From NCBI GenBank assembly GCA_964593315.1, contig CAZQKJ010000001.1, positions 1 through 40,849 of the forward strand: DNA of 40,849 bases, read 5' to 3'. The position numbers and the translations under genes were made by a program. The notes beneath the pieces were generated by a model. That model was not told where the DNA came from. It did not search any database and saw only the letters and a list, made by a program, of their open reading frames with translations. Every line of letters starts with the position of its first letter. Within the stretch, counting starts at the first letter, position 1. Below, piece by piece: positions 16,655-26,281 of the stretch. The DNA comes from an uncultured Granulosicoccaceae bacterium. GTDB lineage: Bacteria; Pseudomonadota; Gammaproteobacteria; Granulosicoccales; Granulosicoccaceae.

Positions 16655-18937
16655 TCATTCGCGGTCAACTGCCAACAATACCGGTGGCAGCAACAGGAAG
16701 TCCGCCAGCAAAGCGAATGCGATCGTCACGGCAGTAAGAATCCCCAGCTCTGAATTGACCTTGAAGCCAGACCAGAACAACACCATAAAGCCTGCTATTA
16801 GTGTGATCGATGTAATCCATAGCGCAACGCCGACGGTTTCAAAAGTATTAACCACCGCCTGTTGAGGCGTCATACCCTGCTCGCGTCGGGCACGAAGATA
16901 TTTACTTAAAAAGTGTACTGTATCATCGACCACGATTCCGAGAGTCACTGCAATTACCACGGCGATCGACAAACCTGCCACGCCCACGGTATACCCCCAC
17001 AATCCGAGAGCCATTGCCGCAGGTACTAGATTCGGAATAAGACTCACTAATCCGATTTTTATACTGCGTAGTGCAAACACCAGTATAAAGGATATAAATA
17101 TCAGCGCGATCAGTGATCCAAACAACATAGAATTGATATTACGCTCAGATATATAGGCGAATATCATCGACAGACCACCACCTTCCACATATTGATCCGG
17201 TGCATTTCCACCAAGCCATTGTCCGGCCCGGGTATTGAGTTCACGCAGGTCAGCAGAAGATGCGTTTTGTACCAGCGCAATAACCCGGCTTTGGGATTTT
17301 GCTACATCTATAGAGTTGTTGAGATCAAGCCCGTACGGCAATGACATCTCATACATCAATAGATATTGTGCCGCCAGCTCACGCGACTCGGGCAAGATAT
17401 AAAAGGCCGGATCATCACCGTTCATACTTTGATTAAGTTCTTTCATAGTGGTGGTGATACCACCAACATTAGTCACTTTAGGTTGTAGCTTCAGCCAGTC
17501 TATAAAACTGTCTACACGGGCAAGATAGTCAGGCTCGCTGATGCCACCATCATCCGCAGCCGGCACCGACCACTCGATAGCGTTCAAACCGGTAAGGTTG
17601 CGCTCGATAAAATCGGAATCGCGGCGAATCTCAAATTTCTCGCTGAAGTAAGTCAGGAAGTTATCATCGAGCTTTATTTTTAGACTACCGAGTGACAACA
17701 CCAACACCATTGAACCAGCTATCCATAACAGAGCACGGCTCTTCCCCACCACAAAATTACCGATAGCACGCATGCCAACAAGCACCGCAGAAGGACCTGT
17801 GGAGGGTTTGAGTTTTACCAGCGAAAGCATCGCGGGCAACAGCGTCACTGACAAGACAAACCCTGCAAGCACCCCGGTTGCAACGATGTTGCCGAGAAGA
17901 CGAAATGGCGGTGCCTCAGAGAAGTTCAGCGTCATGAAACCAATCGCAGTGGTCGCACTGGTAATAAAAATAGGCGATAAGTTGACTCTAAGCGATTCTA
18001 CAATCGCGAGTTTCTGTGCCATGCCGTGGGACATCCTTTGACGGATGGTGACCAACAAATGAACGCAGTGCGCAACACAGAGCGTCGGTATAATGATCGG
18101 TGCACCAGTGGTACCTGCATTCAGAACCACCCCGACCCATCCACTCAAACCCATTGCCACACTGACTGACAATACGATCAATAGCATGACCGCAAGCGTT
18201 GCCCATACCGTTTTTAGAAACACCCCGACTATTATCAGTATCAATAAAAACATAATCGGGATCAGTACCGCACCCTCTTCAGCGGGTAAAACGGCGAACG
18301 CCACATCAAACGCCGCACCACCGGTGATATAGAAGTTGATCGACGGGTAACGAGCTTCGTACTCACTGACCATTGCCTGCACATGGTCAACTATTTCATA
18401 CACTGCATCATTATTGCCCTCTGGTTTGAGCAACGTGATATTCAAACCTGAGACCGTTGCATCCGGTGAAATCAATCGGTTTACCAGAAACTCTTTACTT
18501 AGCGCCGTGCTGACCACCTCTGTGGCGATAGATTGTGTAATCGGCACATCAGAGACGACAAGATCAGTCACCAGAAGATCGTCACCATCGGCACGAGTGT
18601 TCTGAAAATTAGATAGCGAATCGACTCGGCTGGAATAAGGTACCTGCCAGGCAGCTTCGGTTATCTCGGTGATGGCAGTCAGGAACTCCGGATTTGCGAT
18701 AGTGCCGGATTCCGGCGCCATTGCAACGAAAATGTTGTCAGCTTTGGTGTAGGTATTTTCAAGTGTTTCAAGCGCTTGCAACTGAGGGTTGTTTTCATCA
18801 AAAAACACACGGTTATCGGGATTATTGGTGAGCCTTACGATTCCCGCAGATGCCACGAGCGCCACCACGAGACAGAGCACCAGAACCAGCATTGCATGAC
18901 GCACAACCCATTCACCGAATGTTTGTGATATCGACAA
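16655..18937 (-). CDS. RND-superfamily exporter (MMPL/COG1033-type, two 6-TM bundles)
   Basis: The 760-aa product has the duplicated layout TM1, periplasmic loop, 5 TM. The SSD-like TM blocks are (..GAPIIIPTLCVAHCVHLL.. and ..VTLGIVVDDTVHFLSKY..). The start is TTG and is unsupported by an SD. Confidence 0.9.
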   Translation of the reverse strand: MSISQTFGEWVVRHAMLVLVLCLVVALVASAGIVRLTNNPDNRVFFDENNPQLQALETLENTYTKADNIFVAMAPESGTIANPEFLTAITEITEAAWQVPYSSRVDSLSNFQNTRADGDDLLVTDLVVSDVPITQSIATEVVSTALSKEFLVNRLISPDATVSGLNITLLKPEGNNDAVYEIVDHVQAMVSEYEARYPSINFYITGGAAFDVAFAVLPAEEGAVLIPIMFLLILIIVGVFLKTVWATLAVMLLIVLSVSVAMGLSGWVGVVLNAGTTGAPIIIPTLCVAHCVHLLVTIRQRMSHGMAQKLAIVESLRVNLSPIFITSATTAIGFMTLNFSEAPPFRLLGNIVATGVLAGFVLSVTLLPAMLSLVKLKPSTGPSAVLVGMRAIGNFVVGKSRALLWIAGSMVLVLSLGSLKIKLDDNFLTYFSEKFEIRRDSDFIERNLTGLNAIEWSVPAADDGGISEPDYLARVDSFIDWLKLQPKVTNVGGITTTMKELNQSMNGDDPAFYILPESRELAAQYLLMYEMSLPYGLDLNNSIDVAKSQSRVIALVQNASSADLRELNTRAGQWLGGNAPDQYVEGGGLSMIFAYISERNINSMLFGSLIALIFISFILVFALRSIKIGLVSLIPNLVPAAMALGLWGYTVGVAGLSIAVVIAVTLGIVVDDTVHFLSKYLRARREQGMTPQQAVVNTFETVGVALWITSITLIAGFMVLFWSGFKVNSELGILTAVTIAFALLADFLLLPPVLLAVDRE

Positions 18938-19418
18938 AGGTCTGTTGGGACTGCTGCTGTCTATTGTTTTAAACCTGCATTGAGCACAGTTGGTCGATCA
19001 ACTGCTTAAAACCAGAGGTTACAACAACCCCAATTGTGAAGTGACGTTAATTCCAGTTCCATTACGGCAACTCCTGGCTCTGTCGTGAGACTATAAGTGT
19101 CGAGATTGTTACATCTCGAACACATCCTGGGTAACGGAGATCAGCTTTGCAACAGTCATTTCTATCACTCTTTCTGATGGCAAAATTCTACCTGATAGAT
19201 CTGCCTCGAGTCCTCAGCGAGTCTGAACCACCCGAAGCCGCGCTGCTGTAAGTCAAAAACCGATTCCAAAGCCACGGTATCGGCAACGATACGAGCACAT
19301 TTTTTTCAGCAGGCATGATAAACTTGACCCGACAATTTGGGACAAGACACTATCCGCTGCAGTCACGAGTACTACCGCAATAAAGCTGGTCGGCGGCGCA
19401 CATAATTAAGGGGACAAG

Positions 19419-19739
19419 ATGCGAAATTCGGATGAAAGCCGTGCTGCCGCTCGAATGCATGAAGATCGTTACGATGACAGACAATTTACACCTAACTATG
19501 ATTCCCACTACGATGAAGGCGAGGATCACGTCGGGTTTGTCAATATCATTGACATGGATATACCGTTCTTCCAATTGGTGTGGCTAATTTTCAAGGTGTT
19601 TTTGGCAGCCATTGTCGCAGCATCAATGATCGCACTGCTGGGCATGCTGCTGAGCTGGATACTTTCACTACCCGCCGTACAAAATCTGCTACCGGGTGAT
19701 ACAGCGTGGCTCAAAAACCTGCTGAGTCCGGGCAGCTAA
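19419..19739 (+). CDS. Small membrane protein (106 aa); function unknown
   Basis: AAGGGG lies 6 nt upstream of the ATG. The N-terminal half is acidic and soluble, followed by two hydrophobic helices (FFQLVWLIFKVFLAAIVAASMIALLGMLLSWILSL). Confidence 0.55.
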   Translation: MRNSDESRAAARMHEDRYDDRQFTPNYDSHYDEGEDHVGFVNIIDMDIPFFQLVWLIFKVFLAAIVAASMIALLGMLLSWILSLPAVQNLLPGDTAWLKNLLSPGS

Positions 19740-19804
19740 AGCTTGTAACTACATCAGTGTTCCAACACACCTGCATTGTTCCCAGGTACGGGACTACCCG
19801 CAGG

Positions 19805-20500
19805 CTACGATAACGCAAAGTCCATTGCGGCCTGAGCATGAAGTGCAGTCGTATCAAATGTTGGCTGAGTGATATCATCATCGCTCAGCAACAACCCGAC
19901 CTCGGTACAACCAAAGATCACCGCATCCGCACCCGCTTCTGACATTGATTTTTCAATGACACTCAGATAGCGCGCTTTCGATTCCGGCCGCACAATTCCG
20001 AGACATAGCTCTTTATAAATGATGTCGTGCACTGTGGTTCGTTCGGCCGATGTGGGAATCACTACCTCGATATTATGGTGTTGTTGTAAATACCCTTTGT
20101 AGAAATCCTGCTCCATCGTATAGCGTGTAGCAAGAAGCAACGGTGCGCTACTCTTTGCCGCTTTAATGGCAGGTGCTGTTGCATCCGCAATGTGTACAAG
20201 GGGGATATCAACTGATGCCTGCACATCGGCCGCCATTTTGTGCATGGTGTTGGTGCAAATAACTATACAGTCAGCACCACCCTGCTCCAGACTGCGGGCA
20301 GCCGCAATCATTAGTTCTGTTACGCCTTCCCAGTCACCGGATGACTGATATTTTTCTATATCTGCAAAATCAAACGACCACAACAGCAGATTGGCAGAAT
20401 GCAGTCCACCCAGTTTGTCCCGAGCAAGCCGGTTTAGTAGCTGATAGTAGACAACGGTACTCTCCCAGCTCATGCCACCGATCAATCCGATTTTTCTCAT
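19805..20500 (-). CDS. Aspartate/glutamate racemase family protein
   Basis: Motifs read: IGLIGGMSWEST, the catalytic Cys motifs VICTNTMH and FGCTE. Confidence 0.9.
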   Translation of the reverse strand: MRKIGLIGGMSWESTVVYYQLLNRLARDKLGGLHSANLLLWSFDFADIEKYQSSGDWEGVTELMIAAARSLEQGGADCIVICTNTMHKMAADVQASVDIPLVHIADATAPAIKAAKSSAPLLLATRYTMEQDFYKGYLQQHHNIEVVIPTSAERTTVHDIIYKELCLGIVRPESKARYLSVIEKSMSEAGADAVIFGCTEVGLLLSDDDITQPTFDTTALHAQAAMDFALS

Positions 20501-20606
20501 AACAGTATTCTCTCAGTACAACCCTGGCACTACCCATACGATGTGTCACTGCGGCTGAATAGACACAGGGCGTGCTACATCATTATAGTGATCTCAGCTT
20601 AATACT

Positions 20607-21437
20607 ATGGTGAATTGCATGTCTTGTTTTTTTCAGAACAATTTTCAACGTGGATTTGGCACGTTTCCTCTGCAGGCTGTAGATCTCAACAGAGCTCTCA
20701 CTTGCGCCATTAAGACCGGCTACCGTGCCATTGACACGGCTCAAATGTACGGTAACGAAACGCAAACCGCCACCACCATCGCCAATTCAGGCGTACCACG
20801 TGATGAATTTCTGTTAACAACCAAAGTCTCACCGAACAACTACGAAACACATGCTTTCCTGCCTTCAGTGGAGAGAAGCCTGAAAGATCTTCAAACCGAC
20901 TGCGTCGATGTTTTATTACTGCACTGGCCACCGGCAGACGGCAACATTGAGCCTTCACTCAAGCTATTAAACAAGGCAGCGGATGAAGGCATGGCCCGCA
21001 ATATTGGCGTATCAAACTACACCGCAAAGATGATGCACGCCGCTCTGAGTATTACCCACTATCCACTGGTTACTAATCAAGTTGAATTCCATCCACTACT
21101 CGATCAGACCAAACTTTTGGAGGCAGCAACAGAGACAGGAATTCCGCTGTCTTCGTACTGTTCTGTGGCGCGTGGCAAAGCGCTAACTCATCCGGTGATA
21201 AAAGAGCTTGCGGATCTCTACAATAGAACAGAAAGCCAGATAGTTTTACAGTGGATCCTACAAACGGGAGTATCCATTAACACCATGTCAACAAAGCCTG
21301 CGAATATTAAAGCCAACTACAATCTGATGGATTTTTCACTGAGCTCGGTTCACATGGGCATGATCCGTTCATTGAACGAACAGCAATACAGAATAGTCGA
21401 TAAGGAAAAAGTGCCCTGGGCCCCTGAGTGGGACTAA
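20607..21437 (+). CDS. Aldo/keto reductase (2,5-diketo-D-gluconate reductase-like)
   Basis: Motifs read: GFGTFPL, YRAIDTAQMYGNE, LLHWP, GVSNY and NQVEFHP. The true start may be the ATG at 20619. Confidence 0.9.
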   Translation: MVNCMSCFFQNNFQRGFGTFPLQAVDLNRALTCAIKTGYRAIDTAQMYGNETQTATTIANSGVPRDEFLLTTKVSPNNYETHAFLPSVERSLKDLQTDCVDVLLLHWPPADGNIEPSLKLLNKAADEGMARNIGVSNYTAKMMHAALSITHYPLVTNQVEFHPLLDQTKLLEAATETGIPLSSYCSVARGKALTHPVIKELADLYNRTESQIVLQWILQTGVSINTMSTKPANIKANYNLMDFSLSSVHMGMIRSLNEQQYRIVDKEKVPWAPEWD

Positions 21438-21483
21438 CAACAATCCCGCTAACTCATCGTCATCGTAAAGGCCACCGTCTTTT

Positions 21484-22431
21484 TTAGAGTGTAGCCAGTC
21501 GCTGCACTATCAGTTCAAAAAATCGGTCACTGTCACCATCGGTTATCACCGTGGCATTGGGTGCAGCCTCGGTCACACCATACCAATCTGCTACAGTTCT
21601 GCCAAAATTCGGGCCATCGACAGTATCAATCTCCAACGGCATTTCACGACCGCTGAAAAGTGCCGGATCGATCAAATGCGCTATGGTACACGGGTCATGT
21701 AGCGGTGCACCATCCCATCCATACTTTGACATATCGTATTGATTGAAAAAATCCAGCAGATCGGCGACGACCCCGCCGGCTCTTCCACCTTGCTCCGCAA
21801 TCGACTTGAGTCTGGGTGCTGTAATTAACATCTGGTGTGTGATATCGAGACTAAACACAATCGGATGGACCCCGCTGGCAAAGACTGCCTTTGCAGCATG
21901 CGGATCAACGTAGATATTAAATTCGGCGGCGGGGGTGATATTACCCGGCTCATGGCATGCGCCCCCCATTATTACCAACTGATGTAGCCGGTCACATATG
22001 TCGGGCGCCATGGCAAATGCCACAGCGATATTGGTTAGCGGCCCGGTAGCAACCAGTGTCACGGTATCTTTCGGATGCGTGCGTATTGTGTCGATTATAA
22101 AATTAACCGCATGAAGCTCTGCCAATTCACACTCTGGCAGATCGAGCAGTTTGCCACTGCCGGTATCCAGGCCTGACTCACCATGTACATGCTCGGCTGT
22201 CACCATGTCACGCACCATCGGCCTGGGACAACCGGCATACACACCGACGTCATCACGTCCGGCCAATGCCAGTACTCGCAGCGCGTTATCTGTGGTCAGT
22301 TTGAGTGGCACATTGCCACCCACCACGCTGAGACCCAACAGATCAATCTCTGCCGGCGAAGCCAGTGCGAGCAAGATCGCTACCGCATCATCATGTCCCG
22401 GGTCACAATCAAGAATAATTTTATTTGTCAT
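21484..22431 (-). CDS. Nucleoside hydrolase (inosine/uridine-preferring family)
   Basis: The N-terminal metal-binding motif is IILDCDPGHDDAVAILLA. I place the start at ATG 22431 (MTNKIILDCD..). The ORF track extends it to 22518. Confidence 0.9.
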   Translation of the reverse strand: MTNKIILDCDPGHDDAVAILLALASPAEIDLLGLSVVGGNVPLKLTTDNALRVLALAGRDDVGVYAGCPRPMVRDMVTAEHVHGESGLDTGSGKLLDLPECELAELHAVNFIIDTIRTHPKDTVTLVATGPLTNIAVAFAMAPDICDRLHQLVIMGGACHEPGNITPAAEFNIYVDPHAAKAVFASGVHPIVFSLDITHQMLITAPRLKSIAEQGGRAGGVVADLLDFFNQYDMSKYGWDGAPLHDPCTIAHLIDPALFSGREMPLEIDTVDGPNFGRTVADWYGVTEAAPNATVITDGDSDRFFELIVQRLATL

Positions 22432-22708
22432 TACGCTATCTATCTTTGCTAAACTGAGCAGGGTCACACCATGATCGGTCATCTGATGCAATTTGTCATG
22501 CTTCCACAGGCCTTTCATACGCCACTACCAGTGTGTTTGAAGCGTCCGGAGTTGATATTTTTTTTCTTAATATCGATACAATTTACTATCTGATCACAGC
22601 ACGACTCTGTACTATTTGAACACCGCTACACTATTTATTTACCGTTACAACGGGATCGCGGATAGACGGTTTGCGCACATCCCATCGATCCAGGATCATT
22701 TTTACTCA

Positions 22709-23035
22709 ATGATACGCTCTGCAAAATTTGATATCGGTCAGTCTGTAAAGCACCGGATCTACCCTTTCCGCGGGGTGATCTTTGATGTCGACCCGACATT
22801 CGCAAATTCCGAAGAATGGTACGAATCAATTCCGGAAGATGTCCGGCCACGCAAGGACCAACCGTTCTATCACCTGTATGCAGAAAACGAAGAGACAGAG
22901 TATGTCGCCTATGTCTCAGAGCAAAACCTGTTACCTGATGATAGCGAAGAGCCAGTCAGGCACCCGATGGTCGAAGAGAGCTTTGTACGCGATGCATCCG
23001 GGCGATATGTTCCGAAAGACGCCATCGGCCACTAG
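22709..23035 (+). CDS. hspQ: Heat-shock protein HspQ (hemimethylated-DNA-binding YccV domain)
   Basis: MIRSAKFDIGQSVKHRIYPFRGVIFDVDP...FYHLY.E... parallels E. coli HspQ (MIASKFGIGQQVRH..GVVVDIDP..). I place the start at ATG 22709 rather than the track's 22616. Confidence 0.85.
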   Translation: MIRSAKFDIGQSVKHRIYPFRGVIFDVDPTFANSEEWYESIPEDVRPRKDQPFYHLYAENEETEYVAYVSEQNLLPDDSEEPVRHPMVEESFVRDASGRYVPKDAIGH

Positions 23036-23562
23036 CCTGGATTATTCATGCGGAATCCGCTCGCGGAGACAATTGCACTAATTGCTCGTGTGATTGCCTG
23101 AAAAATCGTGACTCGCTGCGTGACATAAGGAGTCGCGAGAAATGTGACGGGCTTTTGGCCCAGTCGCCTCGTGAATAAGTCGGACTGGTTTGACGCAATA
23201 GGCTAGTCAGGTGCTGGCGCCACGAATCTCGCATCATCACTGGCCTGCCCAGGCCTACAAAGGCTGTGAACTGTAATAGTAATGGCCAGTAACAGCCGTG
23301 CAACCACCACCGTTCACGACGCGTGTTTGGTCACCGATCTTACTGAAACCCGTAGCAGGGCCGCCACAGGTTTTTGCAAAACTCGGGTGTGTAGCAGCAA
23401 TCCATTCTCTGCGATCGTGCGGTTTTGGGGCCTCTCCCACGCTGACACAGTGATCTGGTTCACAGATTTGCCACCACCAACCCTGCAAAACGCTGTAATG
23501 AATAAAAAGATGTGATTATTCGCGCCGTTACACCATGTAAGGTTATCGGAATAAATATAACA

Positions 23563-24594
23563 ATGTCGGACCTGACACCCAAAGGGCACATACTGATCGT
23601 CGACGACGATGAAGCAATCGTGTCCATCGCAAGTAACGTCCTTCTACAAGCAGGCTATGTAACGCTGCCCGCGTATAGTGGCGAGCAAGCGATGGAAGTG
23701 TACGCCACCAACAAGGTAGACGTAGTGCTGACTGATGTCCGTATGGACGGCATGGATGGCTTTGAACTGACAAAGCGCCTAACGCTCGTCGATCAATCAC
23801 TCAATATTATTGTAATGACGAGCTATGACAGCTACGACACTGTCTTAACTGCCCTGCAATGCGGCGCTTATGATTATTTGCAAAAACCACTGGATAATCA
23901 CGACGTATTAACAGCCGCTGTCAACAGAGCCTATTCAAGCAGTAAGCTGCAACGAGAAAATACCAATCTTCTTCTGCAACTTGAAAACAACCACGAAAAA
24001 CTATCCAAAGCCAACAGGCGCCTGGTAGACGCAAACTACAAGTTAAAACGCCTGGCCTCCACTGATACATTAACACTGCTATACAACAGACGTTACTTTG
24101 ATCAAGTATTAAAGCGTGAGTCAGATCGTCGCAACCGCTACAAATTACCATTGTCCGTGGTCATGCTCGACATAGACGATTTTAAGCAAATCAATGATCA
24201 GTACGGACACGAGGCTGGTGACAACGCTATAAAGCAAGTGGCAGTAATTCTCGACGAGTGTGCTCGAGCGGCCGATATTGTTGCGCGCTACGGCGGCGAG
24301 GAGTTTGTCGCACTGCTCCCTCAAACCACACCTGAGAACGCAAACATCTTCGCTGAACGAACACGCGCTGCCATTGAGCAAGCCCGGTTCAAGCTATCCG
24401 ACGATATTCGAGTAAATCTCACCGCAAGCCTCGGCATTGCCGGTGCGCAAGCGACAGATGGTGCAGTCGGGCCACAAAAAATGTTGTCAGCAGCAGACAA
24501 AGCGCTTTACGTTGCTAAACAAAACGGCAAGAACTGCTCAGTCAGCGCATTTGATCTCGACGACTCGGACGAAAACCCGCAAAAAGCCGCGTAG
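23563..24594 (+). CDS. Response regulator with GGDEF output (PleD/WspR-like diguanylate cyclase)
   Basis: The REC domain is present (ILIVDDDE..., DVVLTDVRMDGMDG, the phospho-acceptor Asp). A coiled-coil linker follows, then a GGDEF domain with active site RYGGEEF and an intact I-site RAAD five residues upstream. The start is at ATG 23563 (MSDLTPKG). Confidence 0.9.
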   Translation: MSDLTPKGHILIVDDDEAIVSIASNVLLQAGYVTLPAYSGEQAMEVYATNKVDVVLTDVRMDGMDGFELTKRLTLVDQSLNIIVMTSYDSYDTVLTALQCGAYDYLQKPLDNHDVLTAAVNRAYSSSKLQRENTNLLLQLENNHEKLSKANRRLVDANYKLKRLASTDTLTLLYNRRYFDQVLKRESDRRNRYKLPLSVVMLDIDDFKQINDQYGHEAGDNAIKQVAVILDECARAADIVARYGGEEFVALLPQTTPENANIFAERTRAAIEQARFKLSDDIRVNLTASLGIAGAQATDGAVGPQKMLSAADKALYVAKQNGKNCSVSAFDLDDSDENPQKAA

Positions 24595-24657
24595 CGCGAT
24601 AACACACCCTGGATGATCATTCAGCTGCCGACACAGGCAAGCTGATCACTTTTTATA

Positions 24658-26172
24658 TCAGGCGTGGCATGAAGGCCGTCTCGGGCATGCACTACTTCGG
24701 GGGCATATCACTCGTGCATCGTTTTCTATGCCTCGCTCCACCCAGGAAATATTCAGGATCTTGGCCGTTTTGATCAGTTCCTTTTTCAAGGAAGCCGGTA
24801 TGGGTGCCGAGCCGCCATTGCCACCGCAGGCCTTTTTCAAATCAGCGGCCAGTGACAGAGGATCCTGACCCTGTGCGGCAATAGCAGGATTTACATCAAC
24901 ACCTGCACATAGAACTTGAGGTGCACCGGAAAGATCATTGACTATCACTGACTCGCAGGCATAGATACGACTCTCACCTCCAACATCGAGCAATGAAATC
25001 TGTGCCGATGCATTAGCAGCTTCTTCAGTTAACTTTCTGAATACCGCCCAGTGCTGACAAGGATCCTGAACCATACGCATATTACCCCACGGCAATGGAA
25101 TACCATTACCGCGATACACCGCATTTAATCGACCCGGTGGATAAGCATCAAAGTAGTGCCAGTGTGGGTAAGGAGAAACCGATGTCATACGTCGCATAGC
25201 AATTGAATATGAAACATCTACCAGCGTACCACTGTTGACTTCATAACCATTGCGCTCAAGTAAACGCCTGAAAGGCACTTTAGGACAAAGTAGTGCAGCA
25301 GCAAAAAAGCTACACTCAAAGTCACGCCATGCCAGCATAATATCTTTTGCATCAACAGCACTTTTTTTGTTGATGTCAGTAGTCGCTTCTGTAACCCCGC
25401 TTACATAGTGCTTACTACTTAGCATCACGCTTTTTACTCCGTCACCATCGTGCAGAACCTTGTGACCTATATACACAGCAAGATCATATTTTTTACGCAC
25501 CGGATCCTTTTCAAGCGCAGAGTTAAGATGGATTGTCTTCGGAGCTTCAAAATAGGAACGCACATGACTACCACTATCAACACGCAGCTCCTCTGCCTGC
25601 TGATCCGTTAGCTTATCGAACCACTTTATTTTTACACCAAGCGATTTAACTATTTCTTCAAGTGCCTGCAGTGAAAGAGGCATCTGCTTGTGACCGATGC
25701 TTTCAGCGAGACGCTCAAGATCCGGAAACTGATTCTGGTGTGCCTCCTGGTGAGCTCTTATTAAGAGATGCGCAAACTGACGACCAGTGGTGCCGGTCTG
25801 AGACAGCATCTCCGGAATCGCGATTTGGAGAATCTCACTGGAGAAGAGGAAGCCTGGCTCGAGCGCCATGCCGGTTATCCCGCCACGACCGCCTTTGTCC
25901 GGCACCAGGCCTTCATCCACCGGCATGTCATCGAGAAACCATTCCGGGTCCTTTTGAAAAACCGACGCAATAACACCGAGCATTGCAGCGCCTGGTGTGC
26001 GCTTTCCACGCTCAATCATCGATATGTAAGAAACCGACGGCGCCGCCTCTGCATCAATTTTGATACATCGTGCAGATAAATCTTCCATCGTTAACTTGTT
26101 GCTTTTACGCAGATTTCTAATTTTTACACCCAGAAAGTGTGCGTTTCTCAACATTCGTTTTGGACTATTCAT
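24658..26172 (-). CDS. XRE-family HTH regulator of the RamB/PrpR (short-chain fatty acyl-CoA regulator, DUF2083) type
   Basis: The N-terminal HTH is LGVKIRNLRKSNKLTMEDLSARC...SYISMIERGKRTP. A long effector domain follows, then a C-terminal Cys cluster VICPRSSACPRRPSC. The gene is divergent from the glyoxylate-shunt genes, as RamB/PrpR family members usually are. Confidence 0.8.
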   Translation of the reverse strand: MNSPKRMLRNAHFLGVKIRNLRKSNKLTMEDLSARCIKIDAEAAPSVSYISMIERGKRTPGAAMLGVIASVFQKDPEWFLDDMPVDEGLVPDKGGRGGITGMALEPGFLFSSEILQIAIPEMLSQTGTTGRQFAHLLIRAHQEAHQNQFPDLERLAESIGHKQMPLSLQALEEIVKSLGVKIKWFDKLTDQQAEELRVDSGSHVRSYFEAPKTIHLNSALEKDPVRKKYDLAVYIGHKVLHDGDGVKSVMLSSKHYVSGVTEATTDINKKSAVDAKDIMLAWRDFECSFFAAALLCPKVPFRRLLERNGYEVNSGTLVDVSYSIAMRRMTSVSPYPHWHYFDAYPPGRLNAVYRGNGIPLPWGNMRMVQDPCQHWAVFRKLTEEAANASAQISLLDVGGESRIYACESVIVNDLSGAPQVLCAGVDVNPAIAAQGQDPLSLAADLKKACGGNGGSAPIPASLKKELIKTAKILNISWVERGIENDARVICPRSSACPRRPSCHA

Positions 26173-26181
26173 TTGTATATT

Positions 26182-26194
26182 TTACACTGTGTAA
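26182..26194. promoter_or_regulatory. Perfect 13-bp palindrome TTACAC-T-GTGTAA in the divergent regulator/aceA-locus promoter region (candidate operator)
   Basis: Read directly from the sequence. It sits 10 bp from the regulator start codon and is flanked by two copies of AATTTCTAT (26193-26201 and 26220-26228). Confidence 0.35.
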
Positions 26195-26281
26195 TTTCTA
26201 TTGTGCAATTATTATTTGAAATTTCTATACTTTGCTCCGTACTCGCTAACCGGCAAAAGCCGACTGCTCAGGGATCAAATT

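Noticed and set aside
23255-23488. A Cys/Trp-rich 77-aa minus-strand ORF (QGWWWQICEPDHC..GGGCTAVTGHYYY) looks like a small secreted protein.
   Set aside because: The frame opens immediately after a stop codon and has only a TTG start. It has no SD, no signal peptide and no family I can name. I kept it only as part of the unassigned-spacer finding.
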